Positions 37,101 to 47,832 are shown, counted from the first letter of the stretch. The stretch is 64,000 bases of DNA from an uncultured Bacilli bacterium (GCA_947632325.1 CANROU010000005.1:2135-66134), one strand, 5' to 3'. Notes: generated by a model from the letters alone, not told the origin. Translations and numbers: made by a program.

Positions 37101-39424
37101 TGTACTACTCCCCCTTTTAATTTAAACAATTGATCATAAATTTCATCATAACTGCTTACAAAATGAAAAGTTAAATCTTGTTTTATCTCTTCTGGAATTG
37201 AATCTAAGTCTGCCTCATTTTCTTTAGGCAAATATATATTAAAAACGCCACTACGATGAGCTCCTATAATTTTTTCTTTTAATCCTCCAATTGGTAGTAT
37301 TTTTCCTCGTAAAGTAATTTCTCCTGTCATAGCTATCATAGAAGATATAGGTATATCTTTTAATAAACTGATTAGTGTTGTCGTAAGAGTAATGCCAGCA
37401 CTTGGACCTTCTTTCATGACAGCACCCTCTGGTATATGAATATGAATATCATTCTTATCTAATAAAGTATCTGTAATACCAAATTTCATAAGACGTGATT
37501 TAACATAACTGAAAGCTATATGAGCCGATTCTTTCATTACTTCTCCTAAGGATCCTGTTAATATTAATTGACCACTTCCCTTAAAATAAGTAGCCTCAAT
37601 TGGTAAAATATCACCACCAAACGCTGTATAAGCTAAGCCGTTAACTACTCCAACACGCATAGTCCCAGTTTTTTCATGAAAACGATATTTCTTTTTACCA
37701 AGCATCTTTAAAACTAAATTTTCATCAACTTGATAAAAAGCTACAGTTGGATCTAATAATAGATTTTTAACAATTTTGCGTAAAATAGAAGCAATAGTCC
37801 TATCCAGATTACGAACCCCCGGTTCTTTAGTATAATTTCTAATAATCATTAAAATTGCTTCTTTAGTAAATTGTACCTGTAATTCTGTTAAACCATGATA
37901 TTCTAATTCTTTAGGAATGATATAATTCATAGCAATATCTAGTTTTTCATATTCTGTATATGATGATATTTCAATGATTTCTAATCTATCCTTTAACTCC
38001 TCTGGGATTTGTTCAGGATAATTAGCCGTGGCAATAAATAACACTTTAGATAAATCAAATTCTTCTTCAATATAATGGTCTGAAAAATGACTATTTTGTT
38101 CTGGATCTAAAACCTCTAATAAACTACTCGCCGGATCACCTCGTAAATCTTTAGTCATTTTATCAATCTCATCAATAATGAACACCGGATTGGAAGTGCC
38201 TGCTTTGCGCATCCCTTGAATAATTCTTCCCGGTTGAGCACCAATATAAGTTCGTCTATGTCCTACAATTTCGGCCTCATCCCTAATTCCACCAACAGAT
38301 ATTTTTGTAGCTTTCCTACCCAAACTCTTAGCAATACTATAGGCAAGTGATGTTTTCCCAACACCTGGTGGACCAACTAGGCATAAAATAGGACTTTTGG
38401 ATTGCTTGGTATTTTGAGCTACAGCTAAATATTCAATAATACGATTTTTAACACTTTCCAAGCCATAATGTGTAGAATCTAAAATATGTTTAACACTTTT
38501 CAAATCCATATTATCTTTAGTATGATAACACCAAGGTAAATGTATTAACCAATCAATATAATCACGAATGACACTTAACTCCGGTGAATTAATATTAGCT
38601 ATTTCATAACGATGTAATTCGCTTAAAAGACGATCTTTTACTTTAGGATTACATTTTAAAGAACGTATTTTTTTATGAAGAGTATGAATTTCATCATCTT
38701 TATTATTAATATCCCCTAATTCTTCCTTCATAACTTTTATTTTTTCACGTAACACAAATTGTTTTTGTGTCTCATCTAGTTCTTTAACAACTTTTTCTTC
38801 TATTTGTTTTTCTAACTCTAACACCTGTAAATCTTGATTCATGTCATCCATCAACATCTGCACCCTAGTTGGCGCAGATAACTCATTTAAATAATCTAAT
38901 TTTCTATCTAATGAACAAGGAAAAAAAGATATTACAACATCAGTTAGTTCATTTAAATCAGCTGTGCTTCTAACTTGAGACAATACTGCATTGCTCATAT
39001 AAGGAACTTTTTCAATATATTGCTGTAATTGTTTCATTAAACTTCGTTGATTAGCTTTCTCTTCTTGAATTTCCATATTTTTAGAATAAACAGGATTAAC
39101 TATCGCCTCAAATAGATTATCTACTAAAGTATACTCCTCTATTCTAGAACGCATCACACCATCTAAAATAACCCTTGTCTTACCATTAGGCATATCCATT
39201 TTCATTTTAATATTAGCTATTACACCTATTTTAGGAAATTCAGTTATATCAGGATTAATTTCTAATGTATCCTGAGGAATAATTACCAACAAATGATTAT
39301 CATATTGGGCTTCAGATACAGAAAGTAGTTGTTTATCTTCCAGACTATCAATTTCTATTCTAATTTCACTAAAAGGAAAAAGAACCATATTACGAATAAT
39401 CAATACTGGTAATTTTGTTTTCAT
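37097..39424 (-). CDS. lon: ATP-dependent protease LonA
   Basis: N-terminal LON substrate-binding domain, AAA+ GPPGVGKTS, and a protease domain with the PKDGPSAG serine motif. Confidence 0.95.
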   Translation of the reverse strand: MKTKLPVLIIRNMVLFPFSEIRIEIDSLEDKQLLSVSEAQYDNHLLVIIPQDTLEINPDITEFPKIGVIANIKMKMDMPNGKTRVILDGVMRSRIEEYTLVDNLFEAIVNPVYSKNMEIQEEKANQRSLMKQLQQYIEKVPYMSNAVLSQVRSTADLNELTDVVISFFPCSLDRKLDYLNELSAPTRVQMLMDDMNQDLQVLELEKQIEEKVVKELDETQKQFVLREKIKVMKEELGDINNKDDEIHTLHKKIRSLKCNPKVKDRLLSELHRYEIANINSPELSVIRDYIDWLIHLPWCYHTKDNMDLKSVKHILDSTHYGLESVKNRIIEYLAVAQNTKQSKSPILCLVGPPGVGKTSLAYSIAKSLGRKATKISVGGIRDEAEIVGHRRTYIGAQPGRIIQGMRKAGTSNPVFIIDEIDKMTKDLRGDPASSLLEVLDPEQNSHFSDHYIEEEFDLSKVLFIATANYPEQIPEELKDRLEIIEISSYTEYEKLDIAMNYIIPKELEYHGLTELQVQFTKEAILMIIRNYTKEPGVRNLDRTIASILRKIVKNLLLDPTVAFYQVDENLVLKMLGKKKYRFHEKTGTMRVGVVNGLAYTAFGGDILPIEATYFKGSGQLILTGSLGEVMKESAHIAFSYVKSRLMKFGITDTLLDKNDIHIHIPEGAVMKEGPSAGITLTTTLISLLKDIPISSMIAMTGEITLRGKILPIGGLKEKIIGAHRSGVFNIYLPKENEADLDSIPEEIKQDLTFHFVSSYDEIYDQLFKLKGGVVQ

Positions 39425-39459
39425 AAATAATGGTCACTTCCTTTTTTAATATTGCGCCT

Positions 39460-39489
39460 ATTATAACACAATGTTGCAAAAATTACAAT
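39460..39489 (-). promoter_or_regulatory. lon promoter TTGTAA-N17-TATAAT
   Basis: Minus strand reads TTGTAAtttttgcaacattgtgtTATAAT. Confidence 0.45.
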
Positions 39490-39499
39490 TATTTTTTCT

Positions 39500-39532
39500 A
39501 AATTAAAAAACCTTGTTAAATAACAAAGTTCT
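39500..39532 (-). terminator. terminator of the 39540-40205 gene
   Basis: Stem AACUUUGUUA(UUU)AACAAGGUU plus U6. Confidence 0.55.
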
Positions 39533-39539
39533 TCTTCCA

Positions 39540-40205
39540 TTAATTTGAAGTTTTAATATTATCTAAAGTTTTTAACATCCGCTTTGCTCTATTACGCCTC
39601 TCCCGATCACTACGCCGATTATTATTTTGACCAAAAGTTGTTGAGTTTAAAAATGATTCTACCACTGTTTGAGCATCTACTAATAGTGTTGGATTTTCAA
39701 TATAAGCTTCTTTGAAACAGCTAACAGTAAATTTTATGGTAGATAAAAAACTATCCATTTTTAAATTACTATATTGTCCAGCTAACAAAGCTTTCATATT
39801 ATCATAATCATCAACAACAGCATTCAATTGTTCTCCAGGTGTTAATTCATGATAATTATTATGAACACAAGAAATAAATTGATAATAATCATCTCGATAT
39901 TTTATATTTTTATGATCCAATACACTATAATGATTCATTCTATTAATAATTTGATCGGCTTTTTCTTTTACTGTAGCTAGATTACTTTGAAGTTTTATAT
40001 TAGTCACTGTTTTTTCCAAATAAAACTTTAAAGTGGGAGTTAAAATAAGGAAAAAAGGTTCTCTATGAGCGACATTGTTCAAAGAATTTAAAAATCGAGA
40101 ACGTTCTTCATCCGTCTTATACTGACTACTATACTCTTGATGACCAAAAGTATGTTCAACCACTTCCTTTTTCACTTTTAAGTAATCCATCATTGCCTCA
40201 ACCAT
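39540..40205 (-). CDS. hypothetical protein between tig and lon (the position clpX occupies in Bacillus)
   Basis: 221-aa ORF with a basic C-tail (RRSDRERRNRAKR). No recognisable motifs. Confidence 0.5.
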   Translation of the reverse strand: MVEAMMDYLKVKKEVVEHTFGHQEYSSQYKTDEERSRFLNSLNNVAHREPFFLILTPTLKFYLEKTVTNIKLQSNLATVKEKADQIINRMNHYSVLDHKNIKYRDDYYQFISCVHNNYHELTPGEQLNAVVDDYDNMKALLAGQYSNLKMDSFLSTIKFTVSCFKEAYIENPTLLVDAQTVVESFLNSTTFGQNNNRRSDRERRNRAKRMLKTLDNIKTSN

Positions 40206-40229
40206 ATTATACCTCCCCTAAAATTAAAA

Positions 40230-41498
40230 CTACTTATTTAATTCTTTTAATAATTCAATAACTTTTCTCATTTGTAAATCATATTGGATCATTTCTATAC
40301 CACCAAAGTTCTTTAAAAACTCTTCTTTAGTAATTTGGTACTTTTTAGCTAATTCAACAGCCTCTTCATCAGCCTGATCCATAGTTACTTCAATTTTCTC
40401 ATCCCTCATAATTTGTTCCAACATCAAACGATATAATACATGAGAGAAAGCTTCTTTCTCCATTTGTGAACGTAAATCTTTTTCAGTTGTTTTAGTGATT
40501 TGATAATACAAATCTAAAGATACACCTTGCATTCCCATTTGTTGTTCAAAACGACCCAATAGTCGGTCAATTTCTTCATCAACCATCTCCTGAGGAATAT
40601 CAACTTCAGTATTTTTGCCAATTTCCTCTAGTAGATGATCAACATAACGATTTTCAGCATCCATTTCTTTTTGAGCCTTAATGTTAGCCTCTAATTCTTT
40701 TAACAACTTTTCTTTAGTATCTACACCTTCCATACCTAAATCATCAAAGAAATCCTTATCAAGTTCACGCGCTACTTTTTCTTTAACTTCATGTACAACA
40801 ACTTTAAAAGTAACTTCTTTCCCTTTTAAGTCTTCACTTCCATAATCTTCTGGAAAAGTAACCTTAATATCCTTCGTTTCCCCAGATTTCATACCAATTA
40901 ATTGTTCTTCAAAACCAGGTATAAATGTGTTACTACCAATTTCTAAGGAATAATTTTCACCCTTACCACCTTCAAATTCCTTACCATCTTTATATCCAGT
41001 AAAATCAATTACAGCAATATTACCTTCTGCTATTTCACCATTTTCTTTAATAACTGCTTCTTCATATCTTTCTAATAAATGTCCAAGCTCATGTTCAACT
41101 TCTTCCTTAGTGACTTTTACTTCCTCTTTTTTAATGTTAAGACCTTTATATTTTTTAACTACTACATCTGGCGCTGTAATAATAGTAAAAATAAACTCTA
41201 CTCCTTTATCATCAATACTTTTTAAATCAACAGTTGGTTGAACAACAGGAATTAAATCATTATCAGCCATAGCTTTACTGTAAGCCTCTTGTAAAACTTC
41301 TTCAATAGCATCAGAATATAATGATTCTTTCCCAAATTTCTTTTCATATAAATCCCTTGGTACTTTTCCCTTACGAAAACCATCTACTTTAGCTTCTTTA
41401 ACATTCTTTTTAAAACTTTTGTCTAAAGCCTCATCCCATGATTTACCTTCTATTTTTATATTAATTTTATGAATATTTTCATTACTTTTTTTACTCAT
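40230..41498 (-). CDS. tig: trigger factor
   Basis: 422 aa with a ribosome-binding N-domain, FKBP-type PPIase (GFRKGKVP region) and C-domain. Confidence 0.95.
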   Translation of the reverse strand: MSKKSNENIHKINIKIEGKSWDEALDKSFKKNVKEAKVDGFRKGKVPRDLYEKKFGKESLYSDAIEEVLQEAYSKAMADNDLIPVVQPTVDLKSIDDKGVEFIFTIITAPDVVVKKYKGLNIKKEEVKVTKEEVEHELGHLLERYEEAVIKENGEIAEGNIAVIDFTGYKDGKEFEGGKGENYSLEIGSNTFIPGFEEQLIGMKSGETKDIKVTFPEDYGSEDLKGKEVTFKVVVHEVKEKVARELDKDFFDDLGMEGVDTKEKLLKELEANIKAQKEMDAENRYVDHLLEEIGKNTEVDIPQEMVDEEIDRLLGRFEQQMGMQGVSLDLYYQITKTTEKDLRSQMEKEAFSHVLYRLMLEQIMRDEKIEVTMDQADEEAVELAKKYQITKEEFLKNFGGIEMIQYDLQMRKVIELLKELNK

Positions 41499-41557
41499 AC
41501 TAATCCTCCCATTAAATTAATTATAATACATTTTTATTAATCAAACAACCTAATGAT

Positions 41558-41583
41558 AATAAAAACAGTACGATGCGTACTAT
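41558..41583 (-). terminator. greA terminator
   Basis: Stem AGUACG(CAU)CGUACU plus GUUUUUAUU. Confidence 0.5.
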
Positions 41584-42086
41584 TTAATTTCTATAATTTC
41601 AATTTCATATGTTCCGTTAGGACTATCAACAGTAACAATATCGCCAACTTTATGACTTAGTAAAGCTTTAGCAATAGGACTTTCATTAGAAATTTTACTA
41701 GAAAAAGGGTCAGCTTCTTGGCTACCAACGATTTTATATTCATCAGTATCATCTTCATCATCTATATATCTAATAGCTACCGTACTTCCTAATCCTACTT
41801 TATCTTTAGAAATTTCCGTAATTATTTCTACATTTTCTAACATTTTTTCAATAGTTTTAATACGTCCTTCTAGTTGTGCTTGTTCATTTTTAGCGGCATC
41901 ATAATCAGCATTTTCAGATAAATCACCTAAAGCTCTTGCTTCTTTGATGGCCTGAATATTTTCAGGACGCTTAACATTAATTAATATTTCTAATTCTTTT
42001 TTTAATTCATCGAATCCCTCTTGTGTTAAATACACTGGATTTTTGTGTGTCATGCCCTTCACCTCTTCATTCAATATACGCTTCAA
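41580..42086 (-). CDS. greA: transcription elongation factor GreA
   Basis: Coiled-coil N-domain with acidic tip (DLSENADYDAAK) and FKBP-like C-domain. Confidence 0.9.
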   Translation of the reverse strand: MKRILNEEVKGMTHKNPVYLTQEGFDELKKELEILINVKRPENIQAIKEARALGDLSENADYDAAKNEQAQLEGRIKTIEKMLENVEIITEISKDKVGLGSTVAIRYIDDEDDTDEYKIVGSQEADPFSSKISNESPIAKALLSHKVGDIVTVDSPNGTYEIEIIEIK

Positions 42087-42178
42087 ATAATACTACAAAA
42101 TTAAGAAAAAGTCAAACCTTTTCTAAATATTTGTCATGCTTTTATTGTATGCTTAAAAAAGTAAAATGTTCCTATAAT

Positions 42179-43300
42179 TTATTTCTTAATGTTTTTTATT
42201 TCATTTTGCAAGAATGTATCAGTCATTCCACATATAAAATCAAGTACCTGTCTTTTAATATTAACATTATCTAAATACTTTTTATCCATATTATTCAAAA
42301 ACAAAGTATAAATAGAGCTTTTTTTATTCTTTTTCTCAATATCTTTAATATATTTATAAAAAAGTCGTTCGATGTTATCATGAAATAATTTATCTTCATC
42401 CTTAGTTAATGCATCACTATAAATATACTGATAATTAAAGTTTTTTAATTTGTTTAAAGCATAAAAAACATCATCACTCATTTTAATATAAGGTTTGCCT
42501 TTACTTTCCTTAATAATATCTAAAATAATGTTATTAACGATATCTTTATTATTATTACCCAAGATTTTCACAATTTCATCTGGTATATTTTTTCTATCAA
42601 ATAATCCTAATGTAATGGCATCTTCTATATCACGACCAATATAAGCAATAATATCAGAAATACGGACAACGCAACCTTCTAAAGTCATAGGTTGAGCTTT
42701 TTTACATACGTTTAAATCCTTATAACTATTGCGATATTCTTTTATAAAATCATCAACCGTTTTATCATAATTAGGTTGATAAATAGGAGTTAATATTTCG
42801 CCATTATGACAAAAAATACCATCCAAAACTTGTACTGATAAATTTAATCCTAAGCCATTATTTTCAATTTCCATGTAATTTCTAACACTTTGAATATTAT
42901 GAGCAAAATATTCATTTAATTCTTTCATACTTATTTCATTTAAAACAGCTTCACCCCGATGGCCTAATGGAGTATGACCAATATCATGACCCAAGGCAAT
43001 TGCCTCAATTAAATCTTCATTAAGTTCTAAGGCTCGACCAATGGTTCTAGCAATTTTACTAACTAATTGAATATGAATTATTCTTCTACTAACATGATCA
43101 TTATCTTTATAAGAATAAACCTGTGTTTTATCTATATATCTAGTATATGATAAAGCATGAATTATCCTATCACTATCATGAAAGAAAGCTGGTCTAATAT
43201 CCTCTTCTTCAGGATTCAAACGAATACCTAGACTACTCTTGGTAGCATATTTACTAAATAAAGCCTCTTTTTTTAACATAAGTTCTTTTATCTCTTGCAT
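42179..43300 (-). CDS. HD-domain dGTP triphosphohydrolase-like protein
   Basis: HD motif HDIGHTPLGH in a Dgt-like arrangement. 373 aa. Confidence 0.7.
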   Translation of the reverse strand: MQEIKELMLKKEALFSKYATKSSLGIRLNPEEEDIRPAFFHDSDRIIHALSYTRYIDKTQVYSYKDNDHVSRRIIHIQLVSKIARTIGRALELNEDLIEAIALGHDIGHTPLGHRGEAVLNEISMKELNEYFAHNIQSVRNYMEIENNGLGLNLSVQVLDGIFCHNGEILTPIYQPNYDKTVDDFIKEYRNSYKDLNVCKKAQPMTLEGCVVRISDIIAYIGRDIEDAITLGLFDRKNIPDEIVKILGNNNKDIVNNIILDIIKESKGKPYIKMSDDVFYALNKLKNFNYQYIYSDALTKDEDKLFHDNIERLFYKYIKDIEKKNKKSSIYTLFLNNMDKKYLDNVNIKRQVLDFICGMTDTFLQNEIKNIKK

Positions 43301-43304
43301 ACTT

Positions 43305-44492
43305 TTATCCTTTCATCTTATTTTGTAAGCGCATCATCGAATATTTTTCCACCTCATATGGAAAGTACATAAATAATTGCTCTTCAGGATGTCTGGCTAT
43401 CTTAATAGCTTGCATATCACTATTATATAAATTATCAATAGTAAAAGCAATTAGTTTACCACTGGGCATAAAAATTTCCACATCAAAACCAACTTCAAAA
43501 TAATTTCTTTCACTTAATGTTATTAATTTCTTCTTTTTATCATAAGCCATAACCAACGCTAAAAAGTCTTGATTAGATAGTTCTTGTCTGCCTGTATAAT
43601 ATTGATCTTCCCAAGTTGCTTCCCTCATAAAATAATGACTGCTAGTTTCACGGTTAGCTACCTGATTTAATATTTTTTCCTGCTCCCTTATTAATTCATC
43701 AGTTAAAATATTATCATAATATGCATCAATTAATTTACGATAACTACCAATAACAGTAGCTAAATAATACAAAGAACGCATTCTCCCTTCTATTTTTAAA
43801 GAACATACACCAATATCAATCAAATCTTTAATAAAACGTGCCATATTTAAATCTTTAGTAGCCATGGTAAATTTAATATCTTCCCCTAAAACATCAAAAG
43901 CAAAACGACAAACTTGACTACAACCACCACGATTAGAATCGCGATTAGTTACATAATTAGATAAAGCGCATCTACCACTATAACAAGTACACACTGCACC
44001 ATGAATAAAAACTTCAATATCCACATTATTAGCTACCATTTTTTTAATTTGCTCTTTATTACATTCCCTAGCTAAAACAATACGATTAACTCCCTGTTTT
44101 TTAAAAAAAGCAATTTCTTCACTATTAGTAGTTGAATGTTGTGTACTTAAATGTACTTCCACTTGCGGATAATTTTCTTTTATATATGAAATAAGAGAAA
44201 CATCACTAACAATAAAAGCATCTATACCATAGGCAACAACTTTTGAAATATACTGATCAATTTTTTCCATATCCTCATCATGAAAAACAATATTAAGGGT
44301 TAAATAAATCTTTTTCCCTAATTTATGAGCAAATAAACAACCCTTTTTTATGTCTTCCGTCGAAAAGTTATCTGCATTAGCTCTAAGATTATATTCCTTA
44401 CCACCAATATATACGGCATCCGCTCCATAAAGCAGTGCTATCTTTAAGCGCTCTAAATCACCTGCTGGAGCTAATAATTCAACTTTTTTCAT
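43305..44492 (-). CDS. trhP: peptidase U32 family protein (YrrO/TrhP-type tRNA U34 hydroxylation factor)
   Basis: ELLAPAGD...AVYIGG U32 N-terminus and a Cys-rich C-domain. Synteny with B. subtilis yrrMNO. Confidence 0.8.
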   Translation of the reverse strand: MKKVELLAPAGDLERLKIALLYGADAVYIGGKEYNLRANADNFSTEDIKKGCLFAHKLGKKIYLTLNIVFHDEDMEKIDQYISKVVAYGIDAFIVSDVSLISYIKENYPQVEVHLSTQHSTTNSEEIAFFKKQGVNRIVLARECNKEQIKKMVANNVDIEVFIHGAVCTCYSGRCALSNYVTNRDSNRGGCSQVCRFAFDVLGEDIKFTMATKDLNMARFIKDLIDIGVCSLKIEGRMRSLYYLATVIGSYRKLIDAYYDNILTDELIREQEKILNQVANRETSSHYFMREATWEDQYYTGRQELSNQDFLALVMAYDKKKKLITLSERNYFEVGFDVEIFMPSGKLIAFTIDNLYNSDMQAIKIARHPEEQLFMYFPYEVEKYSMMRLQNKMKG

Positions 44493-45372
44493 TTTTCTTC
44501 ACCTTAAAAATCGTTTTTTTATAAAAGAAAGAGGTATCATTACTACCAAGTTCTTCTGTTACTTTTGTGATAAATTGATCATCCTTTAAAACCTTATCTG
44601 TTCCCTTTTTGTCCTGCATTTCTTTAAATAAGCTCAATACTTTTAAAAATCGTTCATGATCTAAGACTTCTTGTAGTACTCCATAATCAAAATTATGTCT
44701 TAATAATTCTAAATAGGGCTTACTACCATTTAAAATAGTCTTATAAAAAAATTGTGTTCCATCTTTATTTTCTAACAACAAATATTCTTGTTTACTAATT
44801 GGTTCTTTAATAACTAATTCATTATTTGGCCTTTCTCCTAAAAATTGATAATAATTATTTATTAATTTCCTTTTAGAAAAAGATACAGGAGGATAACCTG
44901 ATAATAAGACCATTAATGGCATATTCGTTTTATCTTTAATAGCTAACATTTCATCTAAAGTTATTTCACCAGATAAAAAAGCCATATCAACACCCTGTTG
45001 TTGATAAAATTTTAAACTTCTACTGTTAGTTACCATATGTGTTTCATTCCACACTAAATGAAACCGTAAATGTAATTTTTGATAAAGATTTAATACCGCC
45101 ATATCATAAAACAATACTCCTGTAATACCTATTTCTTGTAGATTTAATAAAATTTCTTGCAAAGTCTTTATTTCCTCATCATAAATCATTTTATTGATAC
45201 TAACAAAAATATCATGGTTAGGGAATTGCTCTTTTATTTGTCTTATCTCTTCTAGTGAATGAGTAAGAAAAAAACCAGTACTAAAATCCCTAAGACCTAA
45301 TAAAAATCCACTGGCACCATTAGTAATATAGGAACTATAATGTTTTGTCTTAGGCATAACTAATAATCTCAT
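44479..45372 (-). CDS. peptidase U32 family protein, second paralog (YrrN-type)
   Basis: U32-like fold, overlapping the adjacent U32 gene by 14 nt. Confidence 0.7.
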   Translation of the reverse strand: MRLLVMPKTKHYSSYITNGASGFLLGLRDFSTGFFLTHSLEEIRQIKEQFPNHDIFVSINKMIYDEEIKTLQEILLNLQEIGITGVLFYDMAVLNLYQKLHLRFHLVWNETHMVTNSRSLKFYQQQGVDMAFLSGEITLDEMLAIKDKTNMPLMVLLSGYPPVSFSKRKLINNYYQFLGERPNNELVIKEPISKQEYLLLENKDGTQFFYKTILNGSKPYLELLRHNFDYGVLQEVLDHERFLKVLSLFKEMQDKKGTDKVLKDDQFITKVTEELGSNDTSFFYKKTIFKVKKNEKS

Positions 45373-45414
45373 AAATAAACACCTCCCTGATTTTTAAAAA
45401 AGACAGAATATTCC

Positions 45415-46017
45415 TTATAGTTTTTCACTAACGGTAATTCCATCTCCTGTTTTATAGAAGGTTGTTTTATAATTTTGATTTTCTTTTAAAAAGGTAATAT
45501 ATTGTTTTATCTTACGTACTAAAGATCTTAAATTATGACTCGTAATTTCTTTTTCATCTTTATCAACGTAGCCATGAAAATCAATATTATCAGTAATGAT
45601 ATACCCTTTATTAAGCAAATTATTTTCAAATCGTTCAAAAAACTTAATGTTTTTACCTTTAGCGGCATCAATAAAAATAAGATCAAATTTATCATGCAAA
45701 GTAACATCTAACGCATCATTAAAAATCAAAGTAACGCGATTTTCTAAATTCAAACGCTTAATATTTTTCAAGGCTTCCAAATAACGTTGCTCATCTTTTT
45801 CTATAGAAGTAATCTTTAAATTAGGATTAGCCAAGGCCATCATAATAGCAGAATATCCAATAGCTGTACCTATTTCTAAAACATTTTTAATTTGATGCTT
45901 TATAACAAACGTCGTTAAAAAATCAATTCCATCATCAACCATAATAGGTATTTTATGATCAATAGCATAACTTTTAATTTCTCTTATTTCACTATATATA
46001 TTATCTACCATGGCCAT
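45415..46017 (-). CDS. trmR: SAM-dependent O-methyltransferase (YrrM/TrmR-type, mo5U34 tRNA methyltransferase)
   Basis: VLEIGTAIGYSA SAM-binding motif, caffeoyl-CoA OMT-like, and synteny. Confidence 0.8.
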   Translation of the reverse strand: MAMVDNIYSEIREIKSYAIDHKIPIMVDDGIDFLTTFVIKHQIKNVLEIGTAIGYSAIMMALANPNLKITSIEKDEQRYLEALKNIKRLNLENRVTLIFNDALDVTLHDKFDLIFIDAAKGKNIKFFERFENNLLNKGYIITDNIDFHGYVDKDEKEITSHNLRSLVRKIKQYITFLKENQNYKTTFYKTGDGITVSEKL

Positions 46018-47105
46018 TCTCCTTTATTTTTAATTTCCTGAACCTTAGCCAGATGTTCTTTTTCAGTTTTGGTAAAATAAACTCTCTTATATTTATCCGC
46101 TACAAAATAATAATAACTATGTTTACTAGGACTAATACTACCTATAATACTGTTTTTAGATGGATTACAAATAGGTCCAATAGGAAGCTTCCCAGCCATT
46201 TGAATATTTCTAGTATTATAAGGTGTATAAGCATTATAGTCAATAGAATCATTACAATCTTTTATATCTACTTTAGCTCCATAACAAGCTGTTACATCAC
46301 TACCAAGTGACCAACCAGCATTTAAACGATTATAAAAGACACCCGCTATCATATCACGGTCTTCATCATTAACCCCTTCTAATTCAACCATAGATGCTAA
46401 AGTCAATAACTGATGAATAGTAAAAGAACTTTTATCTATTTCCTTTTTATCTTCAGTTAATACTGAATCCATTTCATCAAGCATTCTTGTAATAATATCC
46501 CCAACACTCACATCTTTATTCTTAAATTCATAAGTATCAGGAAACAAATATCCCTCTAGTGGATAATAAATATCACTATCCTTAATTTCATCCGTTAAAA
46601 ACCAATATTTATTAATTAAAGTGTCAATAAAAGTTTCATCTTGCATCTTAGATATAATTTCATCATAGCTATGATTAGTTTTAGAAGCTATTTCTAAAGC
46701 TACTTGTCTTATATTAAGCCCCTCTTTAAAGGTTAACCTAACCACATTAGGGTTGTAAGTATTACCTTTAGCTAAAATAGCTACTATCTCTTTTAAACTC
46801 ATATTTAATGATAAATCATAAGTAGAGGCCTTTAAGTTAGTAATACCATTTAACTTAATATAAACAAGGAAAGCACCTGTTGATCGAATAAGTCCCTTAT
46901 CTTTTAATATTTGACCAATTTTTTTATTACCACTTCCACTAGGAATTTCTACCGTAATAACTTCAGTATCTTTTTTACCAACCGGAGAAAGTTGATATTG
47001 ATAAACACCGATACCGCTTATAATTAATCCTAAGATAATTAAGGCAATAATTAACGTACGACGCACACTTTTTTTCAGTTTTAATTTCATAATACTACTA
47101 ACCAC
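46005..47105 (-). CDS. mltG: endolytic murein transglycosylase MltG (YceG-like)
   Basis: N-terminal TM and YceG domain, in the conserved position after yrzB. Confidence 0.85.
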   Translation of the reverse strand: MVSSIMKLKLKKSVRRTLIIALIILGLIISGIGVYQYQLSPVGKKDTEVITVEIPSGSGNKKIGQILKDKGLIRSTGAFLVYIKLNGITNLKASTYDLSLNMSLKEIVAILAKGNTYNPNVVRLTFKEGLNIRQVALEIASKTNHSYDEIISKMQDETFIDTLINKYWFLTDEIKDSDIYYPLEGYLFPDTYEFKNKDVSVGDIITRMLDEMDSVLTEDKKEIDKSSFTIHQLLTLASMVELEGVNDEDRDMIAGVFYNRLNAGWSLGSDVTACYGAKVDIKDCNDSIDYNAYTPYNTRNIQMAGKLPIGPICNPSKNSIIGSISPSKHSYYYFVADKYKRVYFTKTEKEHLAKVQEIKNKGEWPW

Positions 47106-47122
47106 CTATAAAAAGAAGTATA

Positions 47123-47413
47123 CTATTCTTCTACTTCTTTATCTATCTTTTTTATTTCATCTTGTAAAGTATCTAATATTGTCTCAATAATTTTCCATTC
47201 TTTATCTGTTTCAATTGGTTGTAATTTCATATCTTTATCATCTTTAGGATCATAAATTGAAGCATAAACTTGCGTTGATCCTGTACTATCTTTGGTATTA
47301 TCTGTATAAACAATATAATTTTTACCAGTTTCATCACTTTCAAAAGTAAATAATACTTGACATACTACCTCTTTACCATCATCGCCTAAAACTGTAAATG
47401 TATTTTTTTCCAT
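47123..47413 (-). CDS. DUF1292 protein (YrzB-like)
   Basis: 96-aa acidic protein in the conserved position between ruvX and mltG. Confidence 0.7.
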   Translation of the reverse strand: MEKNTFTVLGDDGKEVVCQVLFTFESDETGKNYIVYTDNTKDSTGSTQVYASIYDPKDDKDMKLQPIETDKEWKIIETILDTLQDEIKKIDKEVEE

Positions 47414-47830
47414 TTATTTTTTCCTCCTATCCAAATAACTTTGTAATATTATAGTAGCCGCGACACTATCAATAACCTGTTTCCTTTTCTTACGTGAGGT
47501 ATTATTACTAATCAATAAATTTTCAGCTTGCCTTGTTGTCCATCTTTCATCTTGTAAATGAACAGGGATCTTTAATCTATCTTGAAGTTGTTTTTGAAAC
47601 CAAATACTTAACTTAGCTTTATCTCCAACATCATTATTTAAATGTTTAGGAAAGCCTAAAACAATTTCATTAACCCCTTTTTCTTTCACAATAAATTCAA
47701 CTTGCGACAACAGATCATCATAATTTTCATCATGGTGAATTACTTTATAACTATTAGCTAATATACCTGATGCATCACTAACAGATACCCCTAATGTTTT
47801 ACTACCTAAATCTAATCCTAAATAACGCAT
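47414..47830 (-). CDS. ruvX: Holliday-junction resolvase-like RuvX/YqgF (pre-16S rRNA nuclease)
   Basis: LGLDLGSKTLGVSVSD N-terminal RNase H-like motif. Confidence 0.9.
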   Translation of the reverse strand: MRYLGLDLGSKTLGVSVSDASGILANSYKVIHHDENYDDLLSQVEFIVKEKGVNEIVLGFPKHLNNDVGDKAKLSIWFQKQLQDRLKIPVHLQDERWTTRQAENLLISNNTSRKKRKQVIDSVAATIILQSYLDRRKK

Positions 47831-47832
47831 AA

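Noticed and set aside
42023-42274. 83-aa plus ORF spanning the greA start and HD-gene end
   Set aside because: It overlaps two well-supported minus-strand genes and their intergenic promoter and has no RBS.
45596-46310. Plus ORFs 45596-45784 and 46053-46310
   Set aside because: Antisense within trmR and mltG.
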